A stretch of 61,231 nucleotides of DNA, filler included, from Nemertoderma westbladi (GCA_032718475.1; 3 parts of 3 records of this genome joined end to end with filler, not necessarily neighbours in it); one strand, 5' to 3'. Shown: positions 38,701 through 52,497, counted from the whole stretch's first letter. Translations and numbers: made by a program. Notes: a model not told the origin generated them from the letters alone.

Positions 38701-39080
38701 AAAAATGGATACCATCTGGAAATCAGATCTCTCCAGGCACCTGAAGACTAAGTTCTTTCGAGCCACAGTGGAAAGTGTATTTTTATACGGGGGTGAGACC
38801 TGGACACTGACTAAATCACTTGAACAACGAATTGATGGTTGCTACACAAGACTACTAAGGGCAGCCCTAAACATCAGCTGGAGTCTGGAGACAACACATG
38901 ACAAACACCGAGCTTTATGGTACAATACCGCCTGTATCAACCACCCTCCGTGAACGCAGATTAAGATTCAGTGGGCACTGCTGGCGAAGTAAAGACGAGG
39001 ACATACCAGATCTACTTTCTCTGGCAACCAACAACAAGGACAGTGTAGACGACCAGCTATAACATATAGACCAACTTAAA
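35780..39080 (+). mobile_element. RTE-like non-LTR retrotransposon (decayed RT), split by a nested insertion
   Basis: PKKGDL..NYRGICLL..QNGFR..FVDFKKA (35812-36250), resuming after 38201 with GVLQGDTLAPLLF, DFADD and FLYGGETWTLT..IDGCYTRLLR. Contains stops and frameshifts. Confidence 0.9.
36253..38192 (-). mobile_element. 5'-truncated RTE-like LINE inserted antisense into another LINE
   Basis: RT motifs in ORFs 37408..38337, 37059..37460 (GVLQGDTLAP, DFADD) and 36375..36956; (TAG)n tail at 36253-36266; direct repeat GGCATTGGA at 36244-36252 and 38193-38201. Confidence 0.9.
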
Positions 39081-39754
39081 AGGTTTGTATATTTATTTGT
39101 TTATTGGTTTATATTGTCCAGGATTGCGATCGTTTCCTTTACGCCCTTCGGAGTTACAGTACACCTTGACAGCTTTTTATTAACATACAGTCTTACTGAA
39201 TGTTTTTATTTATAAGAGTATAAATTTTATTAATTTGTGCTAAAGTACTTAATTATTACATTCTTAGATTCAATCCGATGCATGCGGTTTAAATAAAGTT
39301 CATATTCAATAATAATTATATTAATATTAATAATTATTAAATAATTAATAAATATTTATTGATGTCAATATGCTATCAACAAGCAGAAACGTGATTGGCG
39401 TAAGTTTGTGATGCTGCTTCCCAGTGGTTAGTTACCTACAGACCTCTCACCACTCTCTTCATTCAATACTCGTTCTGTCTCCCCTTTTTGAATTTCTCTC
39501 TACATTTCCTGGCTTGGCCTCCTGAGAATGCCTTCAGCTGCGGGGCGAAACCTACCGATCAGCTGGCTGCTGTTAGCGATCACTGATTGCATACAACGTC
39601 TAGGTGCTGTTGCTTTTCAGTTTTTTACATACTTTGGTACTAACTAACATACCTACCGGTTTTTTACTTAAAGTGCTTGATAATAAATAAATATAATTAT
39701 TAATTATTGGTTTTCAAGTTTCTACTTCAATAATTAAATAATGTTGTTACTTAC

Positions 39755-40209
39755 ACAAACTCTGCTCCTTTAAGCGCTGCTGGCTTAAACACAACCTCAA
39801 TAGTTCCGTCTGGTTCTTTCCAGAAGAAATCACCTTTAGGGGCTGTAAATGTTACCCGTTGGTCTTTGTACAATCCGCTGAACATAATAAAATAAAAATG
39901 TATCATAAATTTCCAACTATACATTTCTAATAAATTACAATAACAAATTATAAAATTATACTTTAGATATTAGTTAAAGTCACTTTTTTGTCAAATTCGT
40001 TAACAAGTTTGACAAAATATAAACATTTTTTTTGTTAACAAAAAAAAGTATTGTTCGAATTCAATTTCAAACTAATTTCCATGACATTGATAATCATATT
40101 GCATTTAGATAGATAGATTAGTGTGGACTGGGGCCCCATTTTTTTTCACTATCATCACGACAAGATCTACGGTTATATAATTTATATATGTATACAACAT
40201 TTATATACG

Positions 40210-40243
<34 letters not shown>

Positions 40244-43200
40244 TTATTTCTTTCATATATATTTAACATATATATTCATATATATGTTTTGTATTTTTTT
40301 GTATTTACAATGTTCTAGAACAAGTACAGTATAGAACAATTAACAACAAAATATGATGCCATAAATTTTCCAAAAATAGGGCCCCAGGCCACACTATTTG
40401 CGTCTGCTTTAGCTTGAATTAAAGTTAATAATAAATAATCTAATCTAAACTATCATCCGTAATTTATAGTCCACATAGACTCCATTTTGCAAGGCGGGAG
40501 ATTCATTAAAAAAAGTCAAGTAAGGAAATATAGAATTGTTACCTTCCTTCCCAAGAAGAAATTTCCTTATCCAAAGGATCTTCTTTTTTCTCGACATCTT
40601 TCGATACAGAATCCAATTCTTCTTCTTTAATTTTTTCTTGTTTTTCTTTCTGAATATGATAATTACATTGATCTAAATACTTATTTAATTAATATTACAT
40701 TATTGATTATTATAAATTATTATTGTCTATTATTAATATTACATTACATTATTACGAAATACGATCTTGAATTCAAAAGTAATGATCAATGGCAGGAGGT
40801 TTAAAACGTAAATAAACATCGAGGACAAACCCGGACACACACCTAAATACCCGGACACACTCCTACATACCCGTACTCACACCTAAATACCCGGACACAC
40901 TCCTACATACCCGGACACACACCTAAATACCCGGACACACTCCTACATACCCGGACACACACCTACATACCCGGACACACTCCTACATACCCGGACACAC
41001 ACCTACATACCCGGACACACACTTACATACCGGACACACCCCGACATACCCGGACTCACACCTACATACACCTACACACACCTAAATACCTGGACTCACA
41101 CCTACATACCCGGACTCACACCTACATACACCTACACACACCTAAACACTCGGACTCACACCTACATATCCGGACACACCCCTACATACCCGGACTCACA
41201 CCTACATTCCCGGACACACCCCTACATACCCGGACTCACACCTACATTCCCGACACACCCCTACATACCCGGACTCACACCTACATTCCCGACACACCCC
41301 TACATACCCGGACTCACACCTACATTCCCGGATACACCACTACATACCCGGACTCACACCTACATACCCGGACTCACACCTACATTCCCAGACACACCCC
41401 TACATACCCGGACACCCATACATACCCGGACACACCCCTACATACCCGGACTCATACTCCTACATACCCGGACACACCCCTACATACCCGGACACACCCA
41501 TACATACCCGGACACACCCCTACATTCCCGGACTCACACCTACATACCCGGACTCACATCTACATACCCGGACACACCCCTACATACCCGGACACAGCCC
41601 TACATACCCGGACACACACCCCTACATACCCGGACATACCCCTACATACCCGGACTCACACCTACATACCCGGACTCACACCCCTACATACCCGGACACA
41701 CTCCTACATACCCGGACTCACACCTACATACCCAAACATACCCCTACATACCCGGACACAAACACCCCCATACCCTGACACATCCGTACGTACCCGGACA
41801 CACCCCTACATACCCAAACATACCCCTACATACCCGGACACAAACACCCCCATACCCTGACACACCCCTACATACCCGGACTCACACCTACATACCCGGA
41901 CACACCCCTACATACCCGGACACAAACACCCCCATACCCTGACACACCCCTACATACCCGGACTCACACCTACATACCCGGACACACCCCTACATACCCG
42001 GACTCACACCTACATACCCGGACACACCCCTACATACCCGGACTCACACCTACATACCCGGACACACCCCTACATACCCGGACTCACACCTACATACCCG
42101 GACACACCCCTACATACAGACACACCCCTACACACACCCCATAACCGGACACACCCCTACATACCCGGACACACCCCTACATACCCGGACACAAACACCC
42201 CCATACCCTGACACACCCCTACATACCCAAACATACCCCTACATACCCGGACACAAACACCCCCATACCCTGACACATCCGTACGTACCCGGACACACCC
42301 CTACATACCCAAACATACACCTACATACCCGGACACAAACACCCCCATACCCTGACACACCCCTACATACCCGTACTCACACCTACATACCCGGACACAC
42401 CCCTACATACCCGGACTCACACCTACATACCCGGACACACCCCTACATACCCGGACTCACACCTACATACCCGGACACACCCCTACATACCCGGACTCAC
42501 ACCCCTACATACCCGGACACACCCCTACATACCCGGACTCACACCTACATACCCGGACACACCCCTACATACCCGGACTCACACCTACATTCCCGGACAC
42601 ACCCCTACATACACAGACACACCCCTACACACCCCCCATAACCTGGCACACCCCTACATACCCGGACACACCCCTACATACCCGGACTCACACCTACATA
42701 CCCGGACACACCCCTACATACCCGGACTCACACCTACATTCCCGGACACACCCCTACATACACAGACACACCCCTACACACCCCCCATAACCTGGCACAC
42801 CCCTACATACCCGGACACACCCCTACATACCCGGACTCACACCCCTACATACCCAAACATACACCTACATACCCGGACACAAACACCCCCATACCCTGAC
42901 ACATCCGTACGTACCCGGACACACCCCTACATACCCAAACATACACCTACATACCCGGACACAAACACCCCCATACCCTGAAACACCCCTACATACCCGT
43001 ACTCACACCTACATACCCGGACACACCCCTACATACCCGGACTCACACCTACATACCCGGACACACCCCTACATACCCGGACTCACACCTACATACCCGG
43101 ACTCACACCTACATACCCGGACTCACACCCCTACATACCCGGACACACCCCTACATACCCGGACTCACACCTACATACCCGGACAAACGTCTACATAACC

Positions 43201-46200
43201 GGACACACCTCTAAATACCACAACACACCTCTGCATACCCGGACACAAATACCCCATACCCGGAACCACTCCCCAACATACCTGGACTAACACCTACACA
43301 CCCGGACACCCCATGCATACCCGGACACACCCGTACGTACCCGGACACACCCCTACATACCCAAACATACCCCTACATACCCGGACACAAACACCCCCAT
43401 ACCCTGACACACCCCTACGCATACATACCCGGACACTCGACAAACATACCCGGACACAGACACCCCCCCCCCCCACCCCCACACTCAGACACACCCCAAC
43501 GAGAACTGGGTCTCCCAACACTGGAATACAGACGACATCGCGCGGACCTCGTGCAAGTATACCGCTACCTCAGCGGAATGGAATCGGTCGACTAAGGAAA
43601 CGCATTCACCCTCGCAGAAACCAACCTCCGCCACTTGCTTTTTTATGACACATATTTTAAAAGGACCGATATACTTTATGTAATTTAATTACAGGATTGA
43701 GCGAGCCACACATGTTGACCAAACTCGACCCAAAGTACAATTTACACCCTGGAATGAGGTCATCACGTTACTGTTTTTAGGGTATTTTATAGACTGTTAT
43801 GTTATGTAATTTTTAGTTTATATACCTGATATTATCGACTGATGTGTAATTTTCTGCGTATATTCGTAATTTTATAGACTGTTATTATAATGTATTTTAA
43901 TAATTTTATTAGAAACCTTTTAAAGAACACTAATTTATTTTAACTATTTAATTAACACGCCACGTTGTATTCTATATGTGTTTCAATTTTTATATAAAGG
44001 TGTATAATATTTTTGTTATTGTGTTATAAATAGGGATGTTGCGAATGTCATATTTTTAACATCCGCGGATCCAGATGTCTGAAGTGACATCCGCAAGGAT
44101 GCGGATGTCTATTAAAACATGTATATTTTTGCCTGGCCTCCCCTTTTACATCAAGGTTATACCAGCATTTTAATATTATATATATTAATTATTAATATTA
44201 ATAAACTAACAAGAGTCTACAGGTTATAGAACAGAGTGGACATAATATAACAAAACAATAATACCACAAACATTTTTTTGTCGAGTGTTAGTGTATTTTT
44301 AGTATTAGTGTAAGTGTACGATAAAATAAAAAAAATTTCATAAGGGAAAAAGCAATTATTATTGAAAATTTAATGGAGTGGTTGCTGGGCCTTCAGACAG
44401 GATGCTGGAATAGTGCATGTAACATCCGCATGTCACATCCGCATACCATGGGTGCGGATGCGGATGCGAAATATCATGCGGATATCCGCGGATGCGGATG
44501 CGGACATTCGCCACATCCCTAGTTATAAACATGGTCGGTTTGGTCGCAATACTATTTCTTACCGGTACTACTATAATTACTTTCAGTTTGGTCTTTCTTT
44601 TGGTGTGTACGGGTACGGGTTCCATTAGCATTAGCTTTCTTATCCTTATCCCCTAAACTAGTAAACTATATTAAACATTAAACATACCCGGACACAAACA
44701 CCCCCCCATACCGGGACACACGTCCAAACTGTAAGCCTACCTCGTTCTTTATTGCAGCTTCCGCTGATAAATCTTTGGATTTCTTCTTTCCTTTTTTCTT
44801 CGGTTTAACTTCAGGTTTCGCTGAATCGTCTTTCGGGTTCTCAGCAGTCACCTCATCTTTACTCGGTTCGGGTTGCTTCTTATGAACAGGTTCAGGTTCC
44901 TTCTTAACAACTGCTTCGGGTTCTTTATCTGCAACTGGCTCAGGTTCTTTCTCAACAACCGTCTCGGGTTGCTTTTCTTCTTCAGGCTCAGCTCCATCGC
45001 GTACATCACTAACATCCTCCACGGGTTTATCCGTGGAAGGTTCCTACATGAACAAACAGATAACCCAGTTTGAAAACTTCGCCTACCAAGGCGGTACCAC
45101 GTAAGGGCACATTCTTGGGCGATACATGTAGTATAGATGAAGAATTACTATTTTGCAAAAAACATGTATCGGCATTGTTCAAAATGGTAAACGATACATA
45201 AAAGACCGGGTCAAATACAGAGAAAGCTGTCAAAAAATAGAAATAGAGTTTTGAGAAATTTGAGTTCGAGCCAGATTTAGCAGTTTCTTAAGTCTTTTAA
45301 TCGATTTACCTGAACCTTTACGGTAACAGTTTCCTTAGGTTCTTCCTCTTCAACAGCCACAACATCCTGAGATACTTTCACCTGCCAACAGAAAATAAAT
45401 AAATAAACACACGGGGTAGTTACTGTGAAACAAGGGTTCGATTATTTAGGGCAGTAATAGTACCAACACTCCTATATGGAAGTCCATGCTGGGCTCTCTG
45501 CTGAGAACACCAAATCACCCATATATATATTATACAAGAATGCAGCGCTGGGTTCATTGTGTCAAGTACAATAAACACATCTCCAAACAGACTATATTGA
45601 ACATTGACTCCCCTAGCTTGATACTTGAACAGAGCCGCCTCCACTTTGCAGGACATTGATTTCGCCGTGGGGATCAGCTAGTGCACAATCTTGTGCTTTT
45701 GCGGTATATAATGATTTTATTGGTTGGTGACTTCATTTCCGTTGGCAGTATTCAAATATGGCGTATGTCATTTCTGTCTGTATATGTCTGTCCGTAAAAA
45801 TATAACCAACAGCCTGACAGCCAAATAAGAATCGAGTGAGGCGGTCCAAATCGCGGTATCGAACTCCAAACTCCCCTATCGTACTAACCTTATCAACCTT
45901 TTTAGCAATTGTATCGGTGTCACTACTGTCGCTATAGTACTTGGGTTTATTCGGACGTTCTACGTTCTGGAACGCCGCTTCGTAATCGATGTCCGATTCG
46001 CTGGTTGTACCTCCACCTATTTCTTCTACCTGCAATAATTGTACATAATTCTTTGAATTAGTACCATATACAGTTTTTTACTGACTAGTAAACATATACA
46101 CCATGTCCCGTAATATAGTGTCATTTTCTGATGACTCGGACCCCCCCCCCCCCCCCCCCCCCCCCCTCCCCCAGATTGTTCTACAAATCTTTATCACATT

Positions 46201-49200
46201 GCTTGAAATTTGAAACACAACTAGTTCAACTCACCGTGGTTGTTACCATGAAGCCGAAATTTTCGATTTCGCCTTTAAATTTTTTAAACTAGCGTTTTAA
46301 ATAAAGTGTCTTTTGCGAAATCGCACCTTCCGTATCGTGGCCATTCTTCAGATTAGTCGTAATTTTTTCATATCATTAAAAAGCTTGCGTTGCAAGGATT
46401 CGAAATATGTAACAATATCTGAATTTCGTTGAGAAACAGCTGAGATATAGGAATGCAAAATGTTCCAGAATATCGTGTATTTTATTAAATAGAATAAATG
46501 GGATGTAGCGAACGATACTTCTTGCAATCTTTGAACGCCTATATCTCAGTTGTTTCTCAACGAAATTCAAATATTGTTACATATATCGAATCCTTGCAAT
46601 GCAGGCTTTCTAATGATATCAATAATCGATATTACGACTAATGTGAAGAATGGCCACGATACAAAAAGTACCTCAGAAGACTTTTTTCACATTTCTCAAC
46701 AACTTATTTTTCGACATTTCTCAAAAGACACTTTTTAAATTTCAAGCAATATGATAAAGATTTGTAGAAAATCTGGCGGGGGGTGGGGGGTGGGGGGGGG
46801 GGGGGGGGGGCGTGTCATCAGAAAATGACAATATATTACGGGTCATGGTGCGTGTATTAGAGTATTAATATTACAAATGTTTTACTGCACCAAAATTACA
46901 ATAGGCCCCTAGTTGGAACAGTAACAGTAACATTCCCCACTACCAGTTGTAAGTTACTGATTATTTTGGTGGCATGGGGGAAAATTTAACATACCGAAGC
47001 AGGAAAGCTGTTGCCTAGGGCAGCCCAGCACCAAATTACGATAAATACGTAATCAAAACACTAGTATACTAAACACTAGTAAAGTAATATGTCAAATTTT
47101 CAATTGTCGTATAAAAGTTGGTAACTCCATGGCGAGGAAACTTCATATTTTCATTACAATAGCCCCGACTATAAGTAAAGTAAAATGTGATGACTGCTGT
47201 ATACTGGCACAACTTTATTGTTTACTCACTTCTAAATAACTTCTTTTAGGAATAGCTGAGCTATAGTTGGTTGGTTTACTATAACTGTCTGCATAGATAC
47301 GAGAAGATGAACTACTATTGTTGGTGTAATCATTTCCTCCGGTTCTATAACTTGAGTAGTTGTTGCTGCATTGTTCATAACTGGAACTGCTGCTTGGTGG
47401 CCTACACAACAAATACACAAAGTGAAAATGGCATTATTCGGTATGTTCCATCATCTTAATTACACCAAGATATAAAATAACAAGAAGGAGAGGAAAGGTT
47501 CGCATCTACTAACGCATGAACTGTCTCCTCGAATGGCTTACTACAGTACTGCCAATCTTACTACCACAAATAATTCGCCTTAAAGTAGGATTGAACTCGG
47601 TACCTAGAGATTCCAAATCCAACGCTCTGTCAAGTTCGCCACAGCGCCGTATAAAACCTTAAAAAACTAAAACCTAACTGGAAATTAACAACAACAACAC
47701 CAACAGACAACAACAATGCAGTGAATACTAGAAATCTCACTACGCGGACCTAACGGACCTCATAATAATAATTTAGGTATAGGCCTAATAAAGAACATTA
47801 CCCTGCAAACAATGTATTGTTAAAAAGCTGTTATTAAAATGTTATTTAATGACATAGATAACATTATTTCAAATTGTTAGATTAATGGTAAAAAAACTGT
47901 AAATTGGCCAAGAAATATGACGTTATATACTAACGTTATTATTTCGTTTTTAATAACATTAAAATAACAAAGCCAGGATGGTTACATATATCATTACTTT
48001 TATGTTATTCCTCATCATTATTATTGTGTTTTTATTGACATTAAAATAACAACGGCGTAATGTTTATTTAGATCGTTAATTTTATGTTATTTCTTAACAT
48101 AAAAATATTGTTTGCTAAAAACGTAACATTATACGTACATTTAAGCCCTTCTCTCATGTTTTATGGTTGGTTCGCTTGCTCAAACTAATAATCCCCCTCC
48201 ATTGCCGTTCCTTATATCGTTCTTTATAATTGCCAAACCCTTTATTGAATAATTAATTAATAATTTCCCTATGCATGTTGATATGGTAGTGGCAGGCTAC
48301 AATCTCTAACACAGTTTGATTGAATACAATTTTGTTGTAGGCAATTGTATGCAAATTAATAACAATTAAAACGTTTAACATGAATTGAATTTTTTGTATA
48401 ATGACCAGTCAGGAACAAATAATGAAATAAACAGCAAAATCAAAGTAAAATATCGCAGAATAAGTAAAACAACAAATATATGGCTGTATGGCCCATTATG
48501 TAAATGGTTTTGATATTTCGGTTAAAGTTAATTACAGACTTAAAAAGAATATGTTTATGACGTAATAATAAGTGACAACAACGTAATGAATTGCATCAAT
48601 TAAAATACTTTGAGTTAATATTATTCACTAGATTTATAGATCTAATTTGTAGACTATATAAAATAATGTACATAGTGGGTTTAATAAATAATACCTCACA
48701 ACAATGTTAAATTATTAAAAGGAGCAGGTTACAGTTGGCTACAGAGGCACATTATTATATCCTACGGGTAAACAAAAAAAAACAGGTTACAGATTTATTT
48801 CTGGGAGAGTAATCAGTACTTATTTGAATCGATATCTCCCTGGAGAGGGATGATTTTGATTGCATCGCAAATCCTCTCTATCTGAACAAATCATATTTAA
48901 AAAATTAAATGTTAATTATAATTATAGCTGAGTGAGCTTCATTTATTAAACTGTAAAAATAAATCAATAGGCCTAGGCCCTACAAAAGTACAATCTAAAA
49001 ACTGAAACAATAAATAGTTTGTAATAACAGTTAATGTGAAGTTTTCAAATCGAAATCGAATCGAAAGTTTTGTAGTAATGCTGTCCCTGTGCCCTGCCCC
49101 TTCAACTGAAAACTGGGACCTCCCAATAATAAGAATTCCAATCTTTAGTCCTCGGCTGTTGAAATCCACCATCAGTACAGACAAATAAGTCAATCCTCCA

Positions 49201-52200
49201 CCTGTCAGTTCTGGTTTAAGGGGACTTTCTGGTCCTGGCAGACTTGAATTCTGTAATTGGTAGGTCTAATGCAGTAATGTGTGAATCCAGAGGGTAAAGG
49301 CTAACTCGCATTCAGGTAGATATGTTTTATTTATGAGTTCAGGTTAAATAAATCACAAAACCAAAACTATAAAACCAAAAATATAAGCTACTGTACAGAG
49401 CAGTAGGCCTGCAGTAACTACACTACAGTAATATAGAGATAGGCCTTGCAGTACAGCAGTATAACAATACATATACACAATAAACATTGAATACAGGCAT
49501 GACAGAATGAGTATTGTACAACATACCATACTGTATACCATTTACATGTGGAAAATTCCTCCATTACCGCGAATTTTAAAATTAGCCAATCATCAATCTC
49601 AGATTGGATAATAGAAGTGACAGCGTCTATCGCATAATGTTTATTTTATGTGACAAAATAACATTGTTCTGATATGTAACAAACCATGTTCTTAAAATGT
49701 TAGAACTAAACACTTATAAAACATTTTTGACTAATGTTTATGTTCTCACATTATAATTACGTTTTTTTAACATCAACAGTTATCATTTATTTAATGTCTG
49801 ACAAAGACATTATAGAGTAATGTTAAAATAACATATATTGAACATCTAAATATTCTATCAAACAAGGGAATAACATTTATCAACATTTATAACAAATTAA
49901 TGATGTTTTTCTGACATTCCTTGAAAGTAAATTGTTTGCAGGGTACGGTTAGCAATAATGTACGAATGTTATGAGTAAACAGGAATAATATTAGCGCCAT
50001 CATACAATAACGTTAATAAAACCAACCTTGTTGTTGATTTCGATGCATAGTCGCTAGAGGGCCTATAAGAAGCGGCAGTTGGTTTGCTATAATAGGAGTT
50101 GGAGCGGTAAGTGGGCACATCGACGACGGAACCGAGACCAGATGAGTTGTAGGACGTAGAACCAATAGCGTTGTAGGAGGAACTGGTTGGGGCGCGATGG
50201 GACGATGTCGAGTGGTCGATAGAAGCGGCGTTGGTGCGGTAGGAGGATGGGGGGTAGTCGTACGCCGACGATGCTGAGTTATACTGAATACAGATGAATT
50301 TAATTAGCGATTAATTTGTAACAAAGAACATCCTATTACCAGGGGAATTGGATAGATAGAATTAGATAATAGAATGAAAGCCCCTTGGAGGTTTGTTCTT
50401 CACCGGCAGGTTGTCTGTTGGGGATTGTGGCGTATCGATCAGCAGCAAAATGGGATTGCAGATTAGCAAATCAAATCAAATGAAACTTGTTTATATTCAA
50501 GGTCAAATATACCGAATTAGGACAAAACATTTTACTCTTACAATGTACAATCTGACTGATAACAATTAATTTCCTCCCGAGTGTAGCGCAGTGGTTCAAT
50601 CTGGAAGACGTATTTACTAAAAGCGGGAAAAACAATATTATCCTATTATTCAGTTGGTAAAAAAATTATTCAGTCGGTAAATTTAGACGATTCAAATATC
50701 CCGCGCTGTTAAGATACACTTTGTGTATGAAAAGCTGTAGACTAACCAGGCTCCTGTAACTGGGACACATACACTCACCCGGCTTCTAGGTGACCTGTAA
50801 CTGGGACTCATACACTCACCCGGCTTCTAGGCGACCTGTAACTGGGACTCAAGGCCCCATCCTCCAATGACGCGTATCCACTACTAACTGGAGTATAACT
50901 CCTGTATTTGTTGTAGCTAACGTGGTCGCTAGGTAACGAGTAACCAATAGGGCGTCGGTATCCCGTGGTTGAGTAAGATGACGACCCCCCACTGCCAGTC
51001 CGCCTATGTTTATCTTTCTTCCTAAAACAAGATGTAATACGATTATTAAAATCGATGCATCACATTCTACTTACTGTATGTATATATGCCTAACTCAAAT
51101 GTAGAGTAATGTTAAACAATAATACGGTATAAATACGGTATGTAACAATTTGCCCTCTAAAACATACGAATCCAACAGCTACCACCACTCCTATGTGATA
51201 ATATCTCCACTCCACCAGTGACCTGGGCATGACAAGAACCCATTTAATAAACATACGACACCCACACAGTGCTAATTCCAATACCTTTAGTTTCACCAAT
51301 GACAGACTGCAACCATCATGGTGTGTAAGGTAGAAGAAGTAGTACAAGGCATTACACGATACTGTAGTAAATTATATACATTTGGCATGCAGTGGAATTT
51401 TTCTATGTAAGCTGCAGTGAAATTTACAGTCGGAAAATGCATTTTCCAGTCATTTCAGTCACATCCAGATAGTGAATATGTCGATAATTATTATAAAATT
51501 TTGACTGAATCATTGTCCACAATCACAGCTTGCAATCACATATATACAGCAGCTTCATGCAGATCAAGCATTTGCACAATGCGGTAGGTGTTGCATCACA
51601 TCGTGTTAGAATATAAGATGCAATACATAGGAGTTCAAGGAGAACTCAGAAAGATGCTATTGTTTTATAATTACCATCATACGAAGCAACAAATTGTGTC
51701 ACAAACTACGTTACGTTACGTGAGTCACAAATAATAAATAACCTAACCTAATAACCAAAAACCCAGGTTACAAAAGCGTTGAATGTAACCAAAACAATAA
51801 ACGAATTATAATCTGTCAAAATCTTAAAATATAAAATTTCTATAGTATTTGGACCGAAAAGTGAAAACCTGGTATTCTTCCCATATGGAAGACTGGAAAC
51901 GCAGTAAAATATCGAATTATAATAAAGAAATGAAGCTACTGTAATTATCCAAGTGCAATCAGATAGAGACGAAAAAATTAAGTTATCAAATTAGTTAAAT
52001 AGGAAATAGTCTAAAATTAAGATACTAGGGAACAGGTTTTGAAACGAAACTACGACATTAACACAAACAAGGGAAAATAAAGCAAATTAACCTAAAAAAT
52101 AAAGCGAAATATCCTAATTAAATAAATCTAACAAAACAAGAGAGGGGAATAATCAAATTGCGCGGGAAATAAAGTAATCTAGACTAGGGTATCTGGGTAT

Positions 52201-52497
52201 AAGACTAAATCGATCATGCGATTCGTTGGCTTAATATTAAACCTGTAGATGCCCAATTCCATATTTGGTAGGTAGGCACCGGTACCGGTACCACCTGACA
52301 GCTGACCCTCATGGTAGGTCGACAGGGAGTGATGACGACGTCTCCGTGGAGTGTAGGGCGGTGGTAAGCTGGCCGCTGATTGGCTGTAGTTGTGGGAAAC
52401 AACGGGACTAGCTGACTGGTACATGGGCCTATAGCCGTAACCTCGCGGCGGCCGCACGTAAATACCAGACAATACGCAAGGCTTTTGTTTCTCATTT
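39755..52497 (-). CDS. Multi-exon gene of unknown function. Exons ~52497-52243, 51021-50820, 50283-50027, 47401-47230, 46029-45889, 45381-45310, 45043-44741, 40649-40543, 39877-39755; 3' end not found
   Basis: All GT-AG junctions chain with consistent phases (2,0,2,0,0,0,0,2) into ~540 codons: Ser/Tyr-rich N-half, Glu/Lys/Pro-rich middle (EKEPEPV repeats), then GLYKDQRVTFTAPKGDFFWKEPDGTIEVVFKP. Boundaries of the first exon are less certain. Confidence 0.8.
40119..40396. mobile_element. Small MITE containing (TA)n
   Basis: TIR TAGTGTGGACTGGGGCCCC / GGGGCCCCAGGCCACACTA; no clear TSD. Confidence 0.6.
40823..43465. repeat. ~20-bp intronic minisatellite (CCCGGACACACCCCTACATA / CCCGGACTCACACCTACATA), ~130 units
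   Basis: Visible tandem array with variant blocks; two further units at 44683-44720. Confidence 0.95.
43500..43632 (+). mobile_element. CR1/L2-group LINE ORF2 3' fragment
   Basis: Translates ELGLPTLEYRRHRADLVQVYRYLSG, the L.L.TLE.RR.R.DL...Y..L.G motif near the end of CR1-type ORF2. Confidence 0.7.
44031..44521. mobile_element. hAT-type MITE (491 bp)
   Basis: TIR TAGGGATGTTGCGAATGTC / GACATTCGCCACATCCCTA; perfect 8-bp TSD GTTATAAA (44023-44030, 44522-44529); subterminal CGGATG repeats. Confidence 0.9.
46099..46850. mobile_element. Foldback/MITE with ~110-bp TIRs and an internal palindrome
   Basis: CACCATGTCCCGTAATAT..polyC..TTGCTTGAAATTT is mirrored at 46738-46850. Inner inverted pair 46380-46450/46538-46610 has relatives at 31760-31805, 32400-32560 and 33830-33940. 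Confidence 0.8.
47480..47648 (-). mobile_element. Decayed tRNA-derived SINE
   Basis: Minus strand GGCGCTGTGGCGAACTTGACAGAGCGTTGGATTTGGAATC..CCGAGTTCAATCC: A-box/B-box-like spacing with no intact acceptor stem. Confidence 0.5.
47801..49943. mobile_element. Non-autonomous DNA transposon (CMC/EnSpm-like termini)
   Basis: TIR CCCTGCAAACAAT / ATTGTTTGCAGGG flanked by TA on both sides; many AACATT/AATGTT subterminal motifs at both ends. Confidence 0.65.
50753..50851 (-). repeat. 41-bp tandem duplication (2.4 copies) spanning an exon end and its GTGAGT donor
   Basis: Unit starts at 50753, 50794 and 50835; minus-strand unit GAGTCCCAGTTACAGGTCRCCTAGAAGCCGG|GTGAGTGTAT. Confidence 0.95.

Noticed and set aside
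43294-43648. ORFs at the edge of the 20-bp array
   Set aside because: Minisatellite translation fused to a LINE fragment.
46141-46170. G-quadruplex regulatory element at poly-C/G tracts (also 32680-32710, 46780-46810, 60060-60090)
   Set aside because: Mostly homopolymer parts of transposon termini, prone to slippage and sequencing error; no independent support.
47570-47648. Functional tRNA gene (also 54580-54652)
   Set aside because: A/B boxes are present but acceptor and T stems do not close; better explained as SINE heads.
39755-52497. These exons as the missing 5' half of BPTF
   Set aside because: No DDT, PHD or WHIM motifs, and separated from BPTF by an artificial linker.
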